This document shows positions 20,412 to 29,962 of a DNA stretch of 64,000 nt, in pieces (position 1 is the first letter of the stretch; the number at the start of each line of letters is the position of its first letter). The position numbers and the translations under genes are program-made. The stretch is from an uncultured Gemmatimonadales bacterium (GTDB taxonomy: Bacteria; Gemmatimonadota; Gemmatimonadetes; Gemmatimonadales; Gemmatimonadaceae), in assembly GCA_963850905.1 (NCBI GenBank), contig CAWKMU010000003.1, positions 352,001 to 416,000 of the forward strand. The letters are read 5' to 3'. The notes beneath the pieces were generated by a model. The model was not told the DNA's origin and made no database searches. It saw nothing but the letters and a program-made list of their open reading frames with translations.

Positions 20412-21158
20412 TCAGTCGTTCGCCGTCGCGAGCGACGCACGTCCCTCGATGAATTGCCGGACGACCGGGTCCGATGTCTGCTGGATCTCGCGAACCGTGC
20501 CGACCTGACGCACTCGGCCTTCGTACAGCATCGCGATGCGCGTCCCCACGGCGTAGGCGCTGTGCATGTCGTGCGTGATCACGATGCTCGTGACGCCAAG
20601 TTGTCGCTGCATCCGGAGCATGAGATCGTCGATCACGGCGCTCGTCACCGGGTCGAGACCTGTGGTGGGCTCATCGTACAGAATGTACTTCGGCCGGAGC
20701 GCGATGGCACGCGCGAGCCCTGCGCGCTTGCGCATGCCGCCTGAGAGCTCCGCGGGCGCCAGATCCGCGACGTCCGGCAAGTCGACCAATTCCAACGCCT
20801 CATGCACGCGGCTATCGATCTCGCCCGGCGTCAGGTCGCCCTGCTTGCGCAGCCCCATCGCCACGTTGTCGCCCACCGTCATTGAGTCGAACAGCGCGGC
20901 GAATTGGAAGACGTAGGCGATCCTCGCCCGGACCTGATAGAGCTCTCGTCTCGTCAGCGACGGGATGCTGATGCCGTCGACGAGTACATCGCCGGAGTCC
21001 GGCTCGAGCAGCCCCACGATGTGCTTGATCGCAACGGACTTTCCGCTCCCCGAGAAGCCGATGATGATCATCGTCTCCCCTTCCATGACGTCAAGGGAGA
21101 ACCCGTTGAGGACGTGCTTGGCCCCGAAGGACTTGTAGACGTCGCGAAGCGAGATCAT
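20412..21158 (-). CDS. ABC transporter ATP-binding protein, MlaF/Ttg2A/Mkl-like
   Basis: GFSGSGKS, FQFAALFDSMTV, LSGGMRKRAGLARAIA, YDEPTTGLDP; start at MISLRDVYKSFG. Confidence 0.9.
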   Translation of the reverse strand: MISLRDVYKSFGAKHVLNGFSLDVMEGETMIIIGFSGSGKSVAIKHIVGLLEPDSGDVLVDGISIPSLTRRELYQVRARIAYVFQFAALFDSMTVGDNVAMGLRKQGDLTPGEIDSRVHEALELVDLPDVADLAPAELSGGMRKRAGLARAIALRPKYILYDEPTTGLDPVTSAVIDDLMLRMQRQLGVTSIVITHDMHSAYAVGTRIAMLYEGRVRQVGTVREIQQTSDPVVRQFIEGRASLATAND

Positions 21159-21209
21159 TAGAGTGTCCCGCGACGTCGCGGCCGCGAGCGGAGAGCCTGC
21201 AGTGGACCG

Positions 21210-21234
21210 GTAGGGGCGACGCACTGCGTCGCCC
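21210..21234 (+). repeat. GTAG-type REP palindrome
   Basis: GTAGGGGCGACGC-ACT-GCGTCGCCC. Confidence 0.85.
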
Positions 21235-21358
21235 TGCGACGCGTCGCCGCCCGCACCGATGGAAAGTAGACGAACACCACTATCGCCAAGATAGCGGCTT
21301 TCGTCTACTCTCTACTTTCTGAGGGTCTACTTTCTCGCGCGCCCCACATCGGTCCCGA

Positions 21359-22378
21359 CTAGGCCGCGAAACTCCCGAGCGCGCGCCCTACGTCGCCCTC
21401 TCGGAGGCGCTTGAGCGCGCGGTCTCGCAGTTGGCGCACGCGCTCGCGAGTGACGCCCAGCATGGCCCCGATCTCCTCGAGCGTGTGCTCACGCCCGCCT
21501 TCGAGACCGAAATACAAGCGGAGCACCTTCGCGTCGCGCGCAGGGAGCGTGCCGAGCGCCTGCTCGATCTCATCGTTGAGGAAACGATTCATCGCTTCCT
21601 CTTCGGCGTCCGGCATCTCATCAGCGACGAAGCGCTCGATGAGCGAGCGGTCGCCTTCGGGGTCCATCGGCGCGTCGAGCCGTACGTCACCGGTGTTGAG
21701 TGCGGCGAGCGACTGCACCACGTCCACCGACAGCCCGGTGAGATGCGCGAGTTCCTGCGGATTCGGTTCGCGCCGGAGCTTCTGCCGAAGGATCTCGGAG
21801 GCCTTGATGATGCGCGAGAGATCGGCCGTTCGGTTGAGCGGCACACGCACCGTCCGACCTTGTCGGGCGAGCGACGAGAGAATCGCCTGTCGAATCCACC
21901 ACACGGCGTACGAGATGAACTTGACGCCCTGGTCCGGATCGAACTTGCGAGCAGCGGTGAGCAGCCCGACGTTGCCCTCGCCAATCAGATCAATGAGTGG
22001 CAGTCCCCGGTTCTGATATTTCTTGGCGACGGAGATGACGAAACGGAGATTCCGCTTCACGAGCTCCTGGAGTGCGTCTGGATCACCCGCGCGGATCTTG
22101 CGCGCGAGGTCCAGCTCCTCAGTGCCCTTGAGGAGCGGATACGTGCTGACTTCGTACAGATACTGGTCGAGAATGTCGCGTTCGGGCTCGCTCGGAGCGA
22201 TCCCGGAGGGCGTGGTGGCCCCGCGACGGCGGCGCACCGTTCCCTTGACCGGAATCGGGCCGGTAGTCCCCGGAACGGGGACGAGTTGCTCGGCGGTGAC
22301 GACGGGCTTGGCGGGCGCGGTCATCGGGGAGCGGGACGAGGGACCTGGCTTCTCGAGCTGCTGCTGCAGTTCGGGCAT
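21359..22378 (-). CDS. RNA polymerase sigma70 factor, RpoD/SigA type lacking region 1.1
   Basis: DQYLYEV (region 1.2), NLRFVISVAKKY, DLIGEGNVGL, KFISYAVWWIRQAI, TLEEIG...TRERVRQ. Confidence 0.93.
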   Translation of the reverse strand: MPELQQQLEKPGPSSRSPMTAPAKPVVTAEQLVPVPGTTGPIPVKGTVRRRRGATTPSGIAPSEPERDILDQYLYEVSTYPLLKGTEELDLARKIRAGDPDALQELVKRNLRFVISVAKKYQNRGLPLIDLIGEGNVGLLTAARKFDPDQGVKFISYAVWWIRQAILSSLARQGRTVRVPLNRTADLSRIIKASEILRQKLRREPNPQELAHLTGLSVDVVQSLAALNTGDVRLDAPMDPEGDRSLIERFVADEMPDAEEEAMNRFLNDEIEQALGTLPARDAKVLRLYFGLEGGREHTLEEIGAMLGVTRERVRQLRDRALKRLREGDVGRALGSFAA

Positions 22379-22906
22379 GTTGTGGGAGTCCTGGCTATGC
22401 GATCAAGGGGGCGAGTGAAGCGAGCGAGAGTACGTCGAGACGAGACAACGGCGACACGCAATCCTTCAGTTGTCAGAACAGGCCATCGGAACACCGAGGC
22501 GGACAAAGGTCATCACATCCCGCAATTATCGAGCGAACGTGACGGGTACCAGCAACACGCCACCACTACCTTTGGTCGACCGCGCACGCGCACAACCGAG
22601 GCCGGTCTGTCTTCTGCGCGTGGTCCAAGAAATCGTGCAAATTATCGGCCGAGAAGATTTTCGCTAGACCCACTCGATTGACACCCGACATACACACGGA
22701 TACGTTCAGAGGTTCCGTTGCGAAAAACCGTGCGCGCGTGCCAAAAGTCGTGCCGCGGCGCAGCGCTCCGACCGGGACGACAGCGGGGCAGCGCCCACTC
22801 GGCGGACTGAGGTACGCTGCCGGCGATGCGAGGGGCGCAAGACCAAGGCGTGCTCGGCATGCGCGGACAGGCCTTGGGCAAGGAACGAGCGACAGAGAAT
22901 GCCCGG

Positions 22907-22979
22907 GGGGGCGTAGCTCAGTTGGGAGAGCGCGTGAATGGCATTCACGAGGTCAGGGGTTCGATTCCCCTCGCCTCCA
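22907..22979 (+). tRNA. tRNA-Ala(GGC)
   Basis: GGGGGCG/CGCCTCC acceptor stem with G3-U70; anticodon arm CGTGA-ATGGCAT-TCACG; TTCGATT T-loop; CCA not encoded. Confidence 0.97.
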
Positions 22980-23079
22980 TTTCCCGGGCGCGAGTGGGAT
23001 CGGTTGTACGACAGCGGGTGATCGTCATTGGTCCGGTCCGCCAAGCAGAACGGTTGCAGTAGCGGGAATCGGGGATCGG

Positions 23080-23198
23080 GTAGGGGCGACGCGTGCGTCG
23101 CCCGGTTCCTGGATCGGCTGGCAGGGGCGACGCAATGCGTCGCCCGCCGTCGGTTCGGTCAGGCAAGGGGTTGGTAGGGGGACGCCGATGCGTCGCCC
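23080..23198 (+). repeat. Cluster of three REP palindromes between tRNA-Ala and tRNA-Val
   Basis: Copies at 23080-23103, 23121-23145 and 23174-23198. Confidence 0.85.
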
Positions 23199-23208
23199 GC
23201 GGCAAGAC

Positions 23209-23282
23209 GGGCGGTTAGCTCAGTTGGTTAGAGCGCCACGTTGACATCGTGGAGGTCAGATGTTCGAGTCTTGTACCGCCCA
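23209..23282 (+). tRNA. tRNA-Val(GAC)
   Basis: GGGCGGT/ACCGCCC acceptor stem; CCACG-TTGACAT-CGTGG anticodon arm; T-stem AGATG/CTTGT has two mismatches. Confidence 0.9.
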
Positions 23283-23341
23283 TTCCCGCACGCGATCGCC
23301 GCAGGCCCAGCTACATTTGTTTATCTCAGGTTCAGCTCCAA

Positions 23342-23415
<74 letters not shown>

Positions 23416-23467
23416 TCGTTGTGGTTATTGTTTCCGGTCCATTGCGTCAGCACTACAGCACTACCCT

Positions 23468-23541
23468 CGGGGCGTAGCTTAGCCCGGTAGAGCGCCTGCT
23501 TCGGGAGCAGGAGGTCGCTGGTTCAAATCCAGTCGCCCCGA
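23468..23541 (+). tRNA. tRNA-Pro(CGG)
   Basis: CGGGGCG/CGCCCCG acceptor stem; CCTGC-TTCGGGA-GCAGG anticodon arm; GCTGG-TTCAAAT-CCAGT T arm. Confidence 0.97.
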
Positions 23542-23544
23542 CTG

Positions 23545-23594
23545 GCCGCTTCGCGGCTTCGTAGAAAGGAGAAAGGTGAAAGGAGAGAGGAGAC
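23545..23594 (+). repeat. Copy 1 of a ~50-bp dispersed repeat (inverted copy at 28637-28686)
   Basis: GCCGCTTCGCGGCTTCGTAGAAAGGAGAAAGGTGAAAGGAGAGAGGAGAC matches the reverse complement of 28637-28686 at 45/50 positions by manual alignment. Confidence 0.85.
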
Positions 23595-23990
23595 AACGGC
23601 ACCGCCTACGCGCGGTCATCGTGTCTCCTTTCTCCTTTCTGTAGGTCTCCTCTCTCGGGCGCGCCAGCGCCCGCGGCGTGGTCACAGCACGGATGTGAGC
23701 GCGCGCGCCGTATCCGGCGCCGGTCAGTGCGCCAGCGTACGCGCGCCGCGCAGGGTACCAAAACCGCCCGTCAGCCGGTAGAACGGCCGCGACAGGACGC
23801 GACCAGGCGCTGCCGTCGACACGTGCTCGCCCTGACAAAGCACGGGGGGTATCCTTCCCACCCAGCGCGATTCACAGGTGGCGCGCACACGCCCGAGCGT
23901 CGCTCGGACAGCGCGTTCCTCGATGGCCAAGACGACCAGAGATGGACCGTGGAAGTGATCTCACCTGAGCACGACAAAGCCGAGGCAACA

Positions 23991-25619
23991 GTGGAACGCC
24001 GCGTTCACGCGGCGGATCTGCTCGACGTGCTCGTGGCCCACGTGAAAGAGTATGCGATCTTCGCGCTGGACCCCGACGGGCAGATCCTCAGCTGGAACGC
24101 CGGAGCCGAACGACTGAAGGGGTACGCAGCCGGCGAGATTATCGGCCGGCATTTTTCGACCTTCTATCCGGCGGAAGATCTCGCGGCCGGGAAGCCGGCG
24201 CGCCTGCTCGATCTCGCCATGGCACGAGGTCAGATCGAGGACGAAGGCTGGAGGGTGCGGAAGGATGGATCGCGCTTCTGGGCAAACGTCCTCATCACGT
24301 CCCTCCGGGACGACGATGGGCAACTGCTCGGCTTCACGAAGGTCACGCGAGACCTCACCCAACAGCGCGTGGCAGCGGACGAGCTCCGTCGAAGCGAGGA
24401 GCGATTCCGGCTCCTCGTCCAGAGCGTGAAGGATTATGCGATCTTCATGCTCGATTCAACCGGCCACATCGTCACGTGGAACGAGGGCGCGCAGCGCATC
24501 AAAGGCTATACGGCCTCCGACATCATTGGCAGGCATTTCTCGGTGTTCTACCCGCAAGCGGATATCTCGGCCGGCAAACCCGAGCGCGAGCTCGTGATCG
24601 CGACCGACACGGGTGAGTATAAGGAAGAAGGGTGGCGAATCCGAAAGGATGGGTCGCTCTTCTGGGCAAGCGTGGTCATTACCGCAATACGCGACTCCCA
24701 GAACCGGCTGACTGGCTTCGCGAAGGTCACGCGCGATCTGACCGAACGCCAGGCTGCAATCGAGCGCATGCTGGCGGATGCGAGTTCCATCGAGAATGAA
24801 GCAGCCGCACGCGCCGTGGCTGAACGGCGCAGCCACGACCTGCGAGAGCTGGCAGACCGCCTCCGAGCGTCTGCGACCGAGCTTGAAGAGCGCAGCCGAG
24901 AGGCCGAAGCAGCCAATCGAGTGAAGACCGAGTTCCTCGCCGCAATGTCCCACGAGCTCCGGACTCCACTCAATGCGATCGCCGGGTACGCACAGCTTCT
25001 GCAGCTCGGCGTGGGCGGTCCCGTGACTCCCCAACAGCTGACACACCTGGAACGCATCCAGCGCAGTCAGGAGCATCTGCTGGGCCTCATCAACAGCATT
25101 CTCAACTTCAGCCGCATCGAGGCTGGACAAATTGTTTACGACAGTCACCCCATCAGCATCAAGGAGATCGTGCAGGCGGTCGCTCCGATGGTCGCTCCAC
25201 AAGCCGAAGCAAAGCAGGTCAGGTTGACGACTGGACGCTGTGCATCCGACGTCCTGGCCCAGGGCGATCGATCCAAGGTCGAGCAGATTCTCCTGAACCT
25301 GCTCTCCAATTCGGTGAAGTTCACGCCGCCCGAAGGGACGATCGTGATCGAGTGGGGTGGTGAGCGCGACCACACCTGGCTGCGTGTACGAGATTCGGGA
25401 ATCGGTATCCCGGCGGATCAGCTCGAAGCTGTCTTTACACCCTTCGTGCAGGTCGGGCGGAAGCTGTCGAGTCCCCAGGAGGGCACGGGGTTGGGATTGT
25501 CCATCAGTCGGCAACTCGCGCGTGGCATGGGCGGGGACCTGGTGGCAGCCAGTGGCCCGGAAGCTGGCACCACTGTCACCCTGACGTTGCCGATAGCGAC
25601 CAAGGCAGCACTGTCCTGA
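23991..25619 (+). CDS. PAS-PAS sensor histidine kinase (start uncertain; track ORF begins 23727)
   Basis: Two PAS/PAC repeats (YAIFxLD...WNxGA.R.KGY...EGWRxRKDGSxFWA), H-box MSHELRTPLN, N-box NLLSNSVKFT, G boxes DSGIGIP and GTGLGL. No adjacent response regulator. Confidence 0.93.
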   Translation: MERRVHAADLLDVLVAHVKEYAIFALDPDGQILSWNAGAERLKGYAAGEIIGRHFSTFYPAEDLAAGKPARLLDLAMARGQIEDEGWRVRKDGSRFWANVLITSLRDDDGQLLGFTKVTRDLTQQRVAADELRRSEERFRLLVQSVKDYAIFMLDSTGHIVTWNEGAQRIKGYTASDIIGRHFSVFYPQADISAGKPERELVIATDTGEYKEEGWRIRKDGSLFWASVVITAIRDSQNRLTGFAKVTRDLTERQAAIERMLADASSIENEAAARAVAERRSHDLRELADRLRASATELEERSREAEAANRVKTEFLAAMSHELRTPLNAIAGYAQLLQLGVGGPVTPQQLTHLERIQRSQEHLLGLINSILNFSRIEAGQIVYDSHPISIKEIVQAVAPMVAPQAEAKQVRLTTGRCASDVLAQGDRSKVEQILLNLLSNSVKFTPPEGTIVIEWGGERDHTWLRVRDSGIGIPADQLEAVFTPFVQVGRKLSSPQEGTGLGLSISRQLARGMGGDLVAASGPEAGTTVTLTLPIATKAALS

Positions 25620-25742
25620 TCGGCCAAAGCGCTTCCGCGACGCGCGCGCCACGCGTCGCGGAAGAACGAACTGCGCTTCGTCATCGAAACCAGCCGCACG
25701 CGCATCCCTCGGGTTCCGAGCGGGCGCGCCCGCTCACCGCGG

Positions 25743-26891
25743 TTATTGCTTGTCGCCCTTGTGCGGCGGTTGCTGCTTCGCTTTCAACGCCTGCAACTGT
25801 TGCGCGTGTTTTTGCGCCAACTGCTGCGTTTGCTGCTGATGCTGCTGCTCCAACCGCTGCGTGGTCCCAGCATCAGCGTTCTGTTGCTGCAACCGTTGGT
25901 GGTCCTGGTCCTGCTTCTTTTGCAGCTGGACTCGTTCCTGGTTCTGTTGTGCGAGCAGCTTTGCTTGCTGATCCTGGTATTGCTGGTCCAGCTTCGGATT
26001 GCCCGTGTTGGGGGCAGCAGGGTGCTCGACAGGCGGCAGGTCGTTGGGATGCACCGCCGTGTTGGCGCGCGAGCCGTTGTTTTCTGCTAGAGCAGGCGAC
26101 CCATGCATAGCACCCGCGCCTGTCGCCGCCACAACACCGGACTCACCGAACGCCCCAGGTTTGGGCGTCGCGGCGATCGGCGGCTTGCCCTGGTTCGCCG
26201 AAGCCCGTAATTGCGGGTTCGATTGAGCAGCCCGGACGTGCTCGGTTTGCGCAGCGACCGGGGGAAGGTGTCGCTCCTGTGCAGCAGTCTGCTCGTCGGA
26301 TGTCGGCCTTGCAGTGATCCCGCCGTTCCCGCCGTTGTAGCTCACGCGAGTCGTCGTGTTATTCACAATCGTTGTGTTATTCACAACCGTTGTGTTGTAC
26401 ACGTTGTGAACGACAGTCACGTCCACATTGTTGACCGAGCGGTTGTAGGCGAAGTGTCCGTTGTCCCAGCGCCCGCCTTCATACCCTTGGCCCGGGTAGC
26501 CGTAGCCGTAGTTGATGCCGCCGTAGAACCCGACGTGCTCACCCCAGTAGCCCTGATGAAACACGTATCCGTTGCCACCCCAACCCCAATATCCCGGAGT
26601 CCAAAGGTAGCCGACTTGTGGCGCCTCCACCCATGTGCCAGGTACCCAGTAGTAGTCCGCACCACTCCAGGCCCAATAACCGGGCGTCCAGACATACCCG
26701 TCGCCGGGACACACCGGCTGCTCGTAGACCGGTAGGTCGGGCGGGGCGGTGGCGATCACGACGCTCGCCGAGCTGTAGCTGGGCGCGACATCACCGTCAG
26801 GCGGCGGGCCCGCGTACGAACTACAGGCGGCGAGTGCCACGAACGCGAACGAGAAAGTGCCCATCGCCGGGATCGTACGCGTGCGCATCAT
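25743..26891 (-). CDS. YXWGXW/WXXGXW-repeat lipoprotein with Gln-rich C-terminal tail
   Basis: GGAG RBS before ATG 26891; lipobox ALAAC; repeated YVWTPGYW/YYWVPGTW/YLWTPGYW; Q-rich coiled tail. Confidence 0.85.
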   Translation of the reverse strand: MMRTRTIPAMGTFSFAFVALAACSSYAGPPPDGDVAPSYSSASVVIATAPPDLPVYEQPVCPGDGYVWTPGYWAWSGADYYWVPGTWVEAPQVGYLWTPGYWGWGGNGYVFHQGYWGEHVGFYGGINYGYGYPGQGYEGGRWDNGHFAYNRSVNNVDVTVVHNVYNTTVVNNTTIVNNTTTRVSYNGGNGGITARPTSDEQTAAQERHLPPVAAQTEHVRAAQSNPQLRASANQGKPPIAATPKPGAFGESGVVAATGAGAMHGSPALAENNGSRANTAVHPNDLPPVEHPAAPNTGNPKLDQQYQDQQAKLLAQQNQERVQLQKKQDQDHQRLQQQNADAGTTQRLEQQHQQQTQQLAQKHAQQLQALKAKQQPPHKGDKQ

Positions 26892-27155
26892 CAGTGCTCC
26901 TGCCCGATCAACAGGGCGCTCGAGATACCTCTCCTTGGACACCGCCAATTCCGATCCGGTCGAATGCTCAATATTGCCGTTCCAAAGCGGCCATCGCTCG
27001 GCTTCTAGAGGGTGACGCCCGACCTGCGCTGACGTTAAGCATGACACGTGCCTTCGCCACATGCGAAGCCGCACTGGGCTCAGGGATATCGGAGCACCGA
27101 GAAGGTCGCCGCGCTCCGGATCATGACAATCCTGTTGTTCGGCGACTGGACCGCA

Positions 27156-28412
27156 CTATGCGAGGCCCGACGACTCGGCGATCGGCAGGCGTCCAGTGCC
27201 ATGGGAGCGGAGCCAGGTCCGACCTTCTTTGGGGTCGCGGCCGCCCAGGAACTCGCCAATCGGCGCGAGCACTGCGATGTGGTCGCAGAGGATCTTGAAC
27301 GCCGCCAGGAGTGGTACGGCCAGCAACGCGCCGGCAATACCCCAGACCCACCACCAAAAAGCGAGTCCGACAAACAAGGCCACCGGATTCAGCGTCAATC
27401 GCCTGCTCATTACGAGAGGGCTCACCAGGTTGCCTTGCACGAAATTGATCGCGACGAGAAGGCCCGGCGCCGCGAGTGCGTGCGGCAGACTGGCGAATGT
27501 TGTAAGCCCGGCGACGGCGAGCACCGCGACGGCGACCGCCACGCCGATATAGGGAATGAACTCCAAGCAGGCGACCATGGCGCCCCACACGTACGGCGTC
27601 GGCAGGCCGAGCGCCCACATCGCGAGCGTCACCACCGCCCCTTCGCCCACATTGATGGCTGCGGTCGTGAGGAGATAGGTCGAGATCGACGACTCGATCG
27701 CGCGGGCGATGCTCACTGCCTTGCGCTTGTCTCCCAGCTGGGGCAGCACCTTGACCATTTTCTCGAGGAAGAAATCGCCCGCCGCCAACAAGAAATACAG
27801 CAGCACGACCACCTCGATCGCGCCTTCCGCCAGCGCCTGCGTCGTGCCAAAGAAGCGAGCGGCGAGCGTCGGGCCCTGGACGACCACTTGCGGGGCCGCG
27901 GTTGGCGCGTCGACGACGGTGACCCGTTCGACTTGGTCCGCGGCCCTCGTGACTTGGCCGACGGGCCGCGCGAGAACGCGGAGCCGCGCGCCGGCCTTTC
28001 GCATCGTGTCAGGAGCGTGCGTGACCCAGCCCTGAACGGGTCCTGCCAGCGCATAAATGGCCACACCCGTCACCGCGATGAGGGACAGCACGAGCAGCGC
28101 TGCCGCCGCGGGAGCCGCTATGTGCACCTTCCCCAACGCGCGGATCAGTGGGCTCAGGAAGAACATGAGCAACAACGCGAAGGCCAGTGGAAGCAGGAAG
28201 GCTCGCGCAAAGTAGAGGGTATAGAGCACCGCCAGAACTGCCAAGACGGTGACACCCGCCACGATCACCTTGGGTGTGTCGGCCGTCAGCCCGTTGTCAG
28301 CGTGCTTCGACGAGTCAGGCTGCGCGCCATCAGCAGTACCGAGTCGCGCCTGCCGCAGCGCCGGGCGCGACGAGACCGTTTGGCTATCGTCGGACTCGTC
28401 TCTCGTCGCCAT
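27156..28412 (-). CDS. AI-2E (PerM/TqsA) family transporter
   Basis: Multiple TMs; FIPYIG and LNPVALFVGLAFWWWVWGIAGALLAVP motifs; GAGG RBS before ATG 28412. Confidence 0.9.
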   Translation of the reverse strand: MATRDESDDSQTVSSRPALRQARLGTADGAQPDSSKHADNGLTADTPKVIVAGVTVLAVLAVLYTLYFARAFLLPLAFALLLMFFLSPLIRALGKVHIAAPAAAALLVLSLIAVTGVAIYALAGPVQGWVTHAPDTMRKAGARLRVLARPVGQVTRAADQVERVTVVDAPTAAPQVVVQGPTLAARFFGTTQALAEGAIEVVVLLYFLLAAGDFFLEKMVKVLPQLGDKRKAVSIARAIESSISTYLLTTAAINVGEGAVVTLAMWALGLPTPYVWGAMVACLEFIPYIGVAVAVAVLAVAGLTTFASLPHALAAPGLLVAINFVQGNLVSPLVMSRRLTLNPVALFVGLAFWWWVWGIAGALLAVPLLAAFKILCDHIAVLAPIGEFLGGRDPKEGRTWLRSHGTGRLPIAESSGLA

Positions 28413-28636
28413 GCATACCTCGGGGTGTGGCACATAGGCGATGCATCCCAAGCGATGCTCCGCCATGTCGATCGACAAGACGCTCGCACGCGGCCACCTG
28501 CTACCGATCGACGCGCGCCGTAATCGCGACAGGCGACGGCGTCCGCACGCCGGGGCCAGAAGGGCATTTCCTGTGCCGCCTAAATCCGACGCCTGTTACG
28601 TCGCTTCCGGCGTACCACGACGGCCGGCGTACGCCG

Positions 28637-28686
28637 GTCTCCTTTCACCTTTCGCCTTTCTCCCCTCTACGAAGCCGCGAAGCGGC
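28637..28686 (-). repeat. Copy 2 of the ~50-bp repeat, inverted relative to 23545-23594
   Basis: Reverse complement is GCCGCTTCGCGGCTTCGTAGAGGGGAGAAAGGCGAAAGGTGAAAGGAGAC; lies just 3' of the nitroreductase stop. Confidence 0.85.
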
Positions 28687-28699
28687 GAGTCGCGGCGAG

Positions 28700-29260
28700 T
28701 CACGGGCGCCAGGTCGTGAACCCAGCAGCAGACTCGCGCTTTCTTGGCGGTGGGAGCTGTGCCACCTCGCCCACGTTGACCACAGCCACGATGCGCTCGC
28801 CCTCACCGACACCCGCAGCAGTGCGCGCCGCCGCGTCGCCCATGATGCCGCCGGTCTTGATATGGGTGCCCAACCCGAGCGCGACCGCGGCCAGGGACAG
28901 GTTCTCGACCGCCATCATCGCGGCGGCGTAGTCCTCCTCACGTGTCTCGAGGTTGTCGCTTTGAACAATGGACACGGCGATCATGCAGGGCAGGTCCCTG
29001 TGCTCAGCCGCCACCGTCTGGCGCAGCGTGCGCGCGGCCTCGGCGTGCTCGAGCTTCCGTGCCTTCCGTTCGCCGAGCGCGAAGCCGTAGGCGTACCGGG
29101 ATTCAGGGCCCAGGACGTAGAAGCGCCAGGGCCGCGTGAGCCGATGATTCGGCGCTAAGACCGCCGCGTCGAGTAGCGTCTCGATCTCCTCGCGGGAGAC
29201 GGGACGTTTCGTGAACGTCTTGATGGAACGGCGATCTTGGATGATGTCGGGAATTGGCAT
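28700..29260 (-). CDS. Nitroreductase family protein (YdjA-like)
   Basis: IQDRRSIKTF, AAVLAPNHRLTRPWRF, ENLSLAAVALGLGTHIKTG. Confidence 0.92.
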   Translation of the reverse strand: MPIPDIIQDRRSIKTFTKRPVSREEIETLLDAAVLAPNHRLTRPWRFYVLGPESRYAYGFALGERKARKLEHAEAARTLRQTVAAEHRDLPCMIAVSIVQSDNLETREEDYAAAMMAVENLSLAAVALGLGTHIKTGGIMGDAAARTAAGVGEGERIVAVVNVGEVAQLPPPRKRESAAGFTTWRP

Positions 29261-29348
29261 GGAGGCAAGCTACCGGGCGAGCTAGCCCACATGCGAGCGC
29301 GACGTCGTGGCCGTGGCCGCCTTTCTCGCTGGCGCTTCGCTTTGCTCA

Positions 29349-29371
29349 GGCGACGCAGGCGTCGCCCCTAC
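29349..29371 (-). repeat. REP palindrome (reverse orientation)
   Basis: GGCGACGCAGGCGTCGCCCCTAC. Confidence 0.8.
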
Positions 29372-29934
29372 GCCGCGATCTCGTCGTTCGGTGCCGCCAG
29401 CAGCGCGCGGATACCCGGCGCCAGGTGCGACTGCTCCGACTCGAGGTAGTCCACCAGTCGTCCGCGACGACCATCATCGAACGCCACGACGGTGTGGGCG
29501 AAAAACGCCTCGGAATGCGTCTGGAATCCGGCGGCCACTGCGGCCAACGCCGAGTCGAGCCACTGCACGAGATGCCACCACGCGACCCGCTCGGCGTGCT
29601 CCAACTTCCGCGAATCGTAGCCGCTCGCCGGGATTCGCTGCGCAGACCCCTCCCCAACGGGTTGAGGCTCATGCTGTGGCCGCGAGGAAGGCCGCCCGAA
29701 GAGGCGGTCGTACACGCGGCGCACGTCGATCGGCAGCTGGACCGCCACCTCGTGCGCCGCGGTCGGCGTGCTGTCCGGCACGACGAAGCTCACCGTGATC
29801 CTGCCGCTCGTACAGTCGCGCGCGTAAGCAAATCCCTTGGCACCATGGCGCCGGAGCACCTGCTCGACCTCGACGCGCGATTGCTCCCGTGACTCGCACG
29901 GGCTCGCTGCGGGCTGGGTTGGATCGGTAGGCAT
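29368..29934 (-). CDS. Hypothetical protein resembling a phage-associated family
   Basis: QSRVEVEQVLRRHGA...AERVAWWHLVQWLDSALAAVAAGFQTHSEAFFAHTV pattern; start assigned at MPTDPTQ. Confidence 0.6.
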   Translation of the reverse strand: MPTDPTQPAASPCESREQSRVEVEQVLRRHGAKGFAYARDCTSGRITVSFVVPDSTPTAAHEVAVQLPIDVRRVYDRLFGRPSSRPQHEPQPVGEGSAQRIPASGYDSRKLEHAERVAWWHLVQWLDSALAAVAAGFQTHSEAFFAHTVVAFDDGRRGRLVDYLESEQSHLAPGIRALLAAPNDEIAA

Positions 29935-29962
29935 ACGACTCGGGTAATGGGTCGGTTGGACC

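Noticed and set aside
23080..23198. Possible mini-CRISPR array
   Set aside because: The repeats are dispersed REP palindromes with irregular short spacers; no cas genes or leader.
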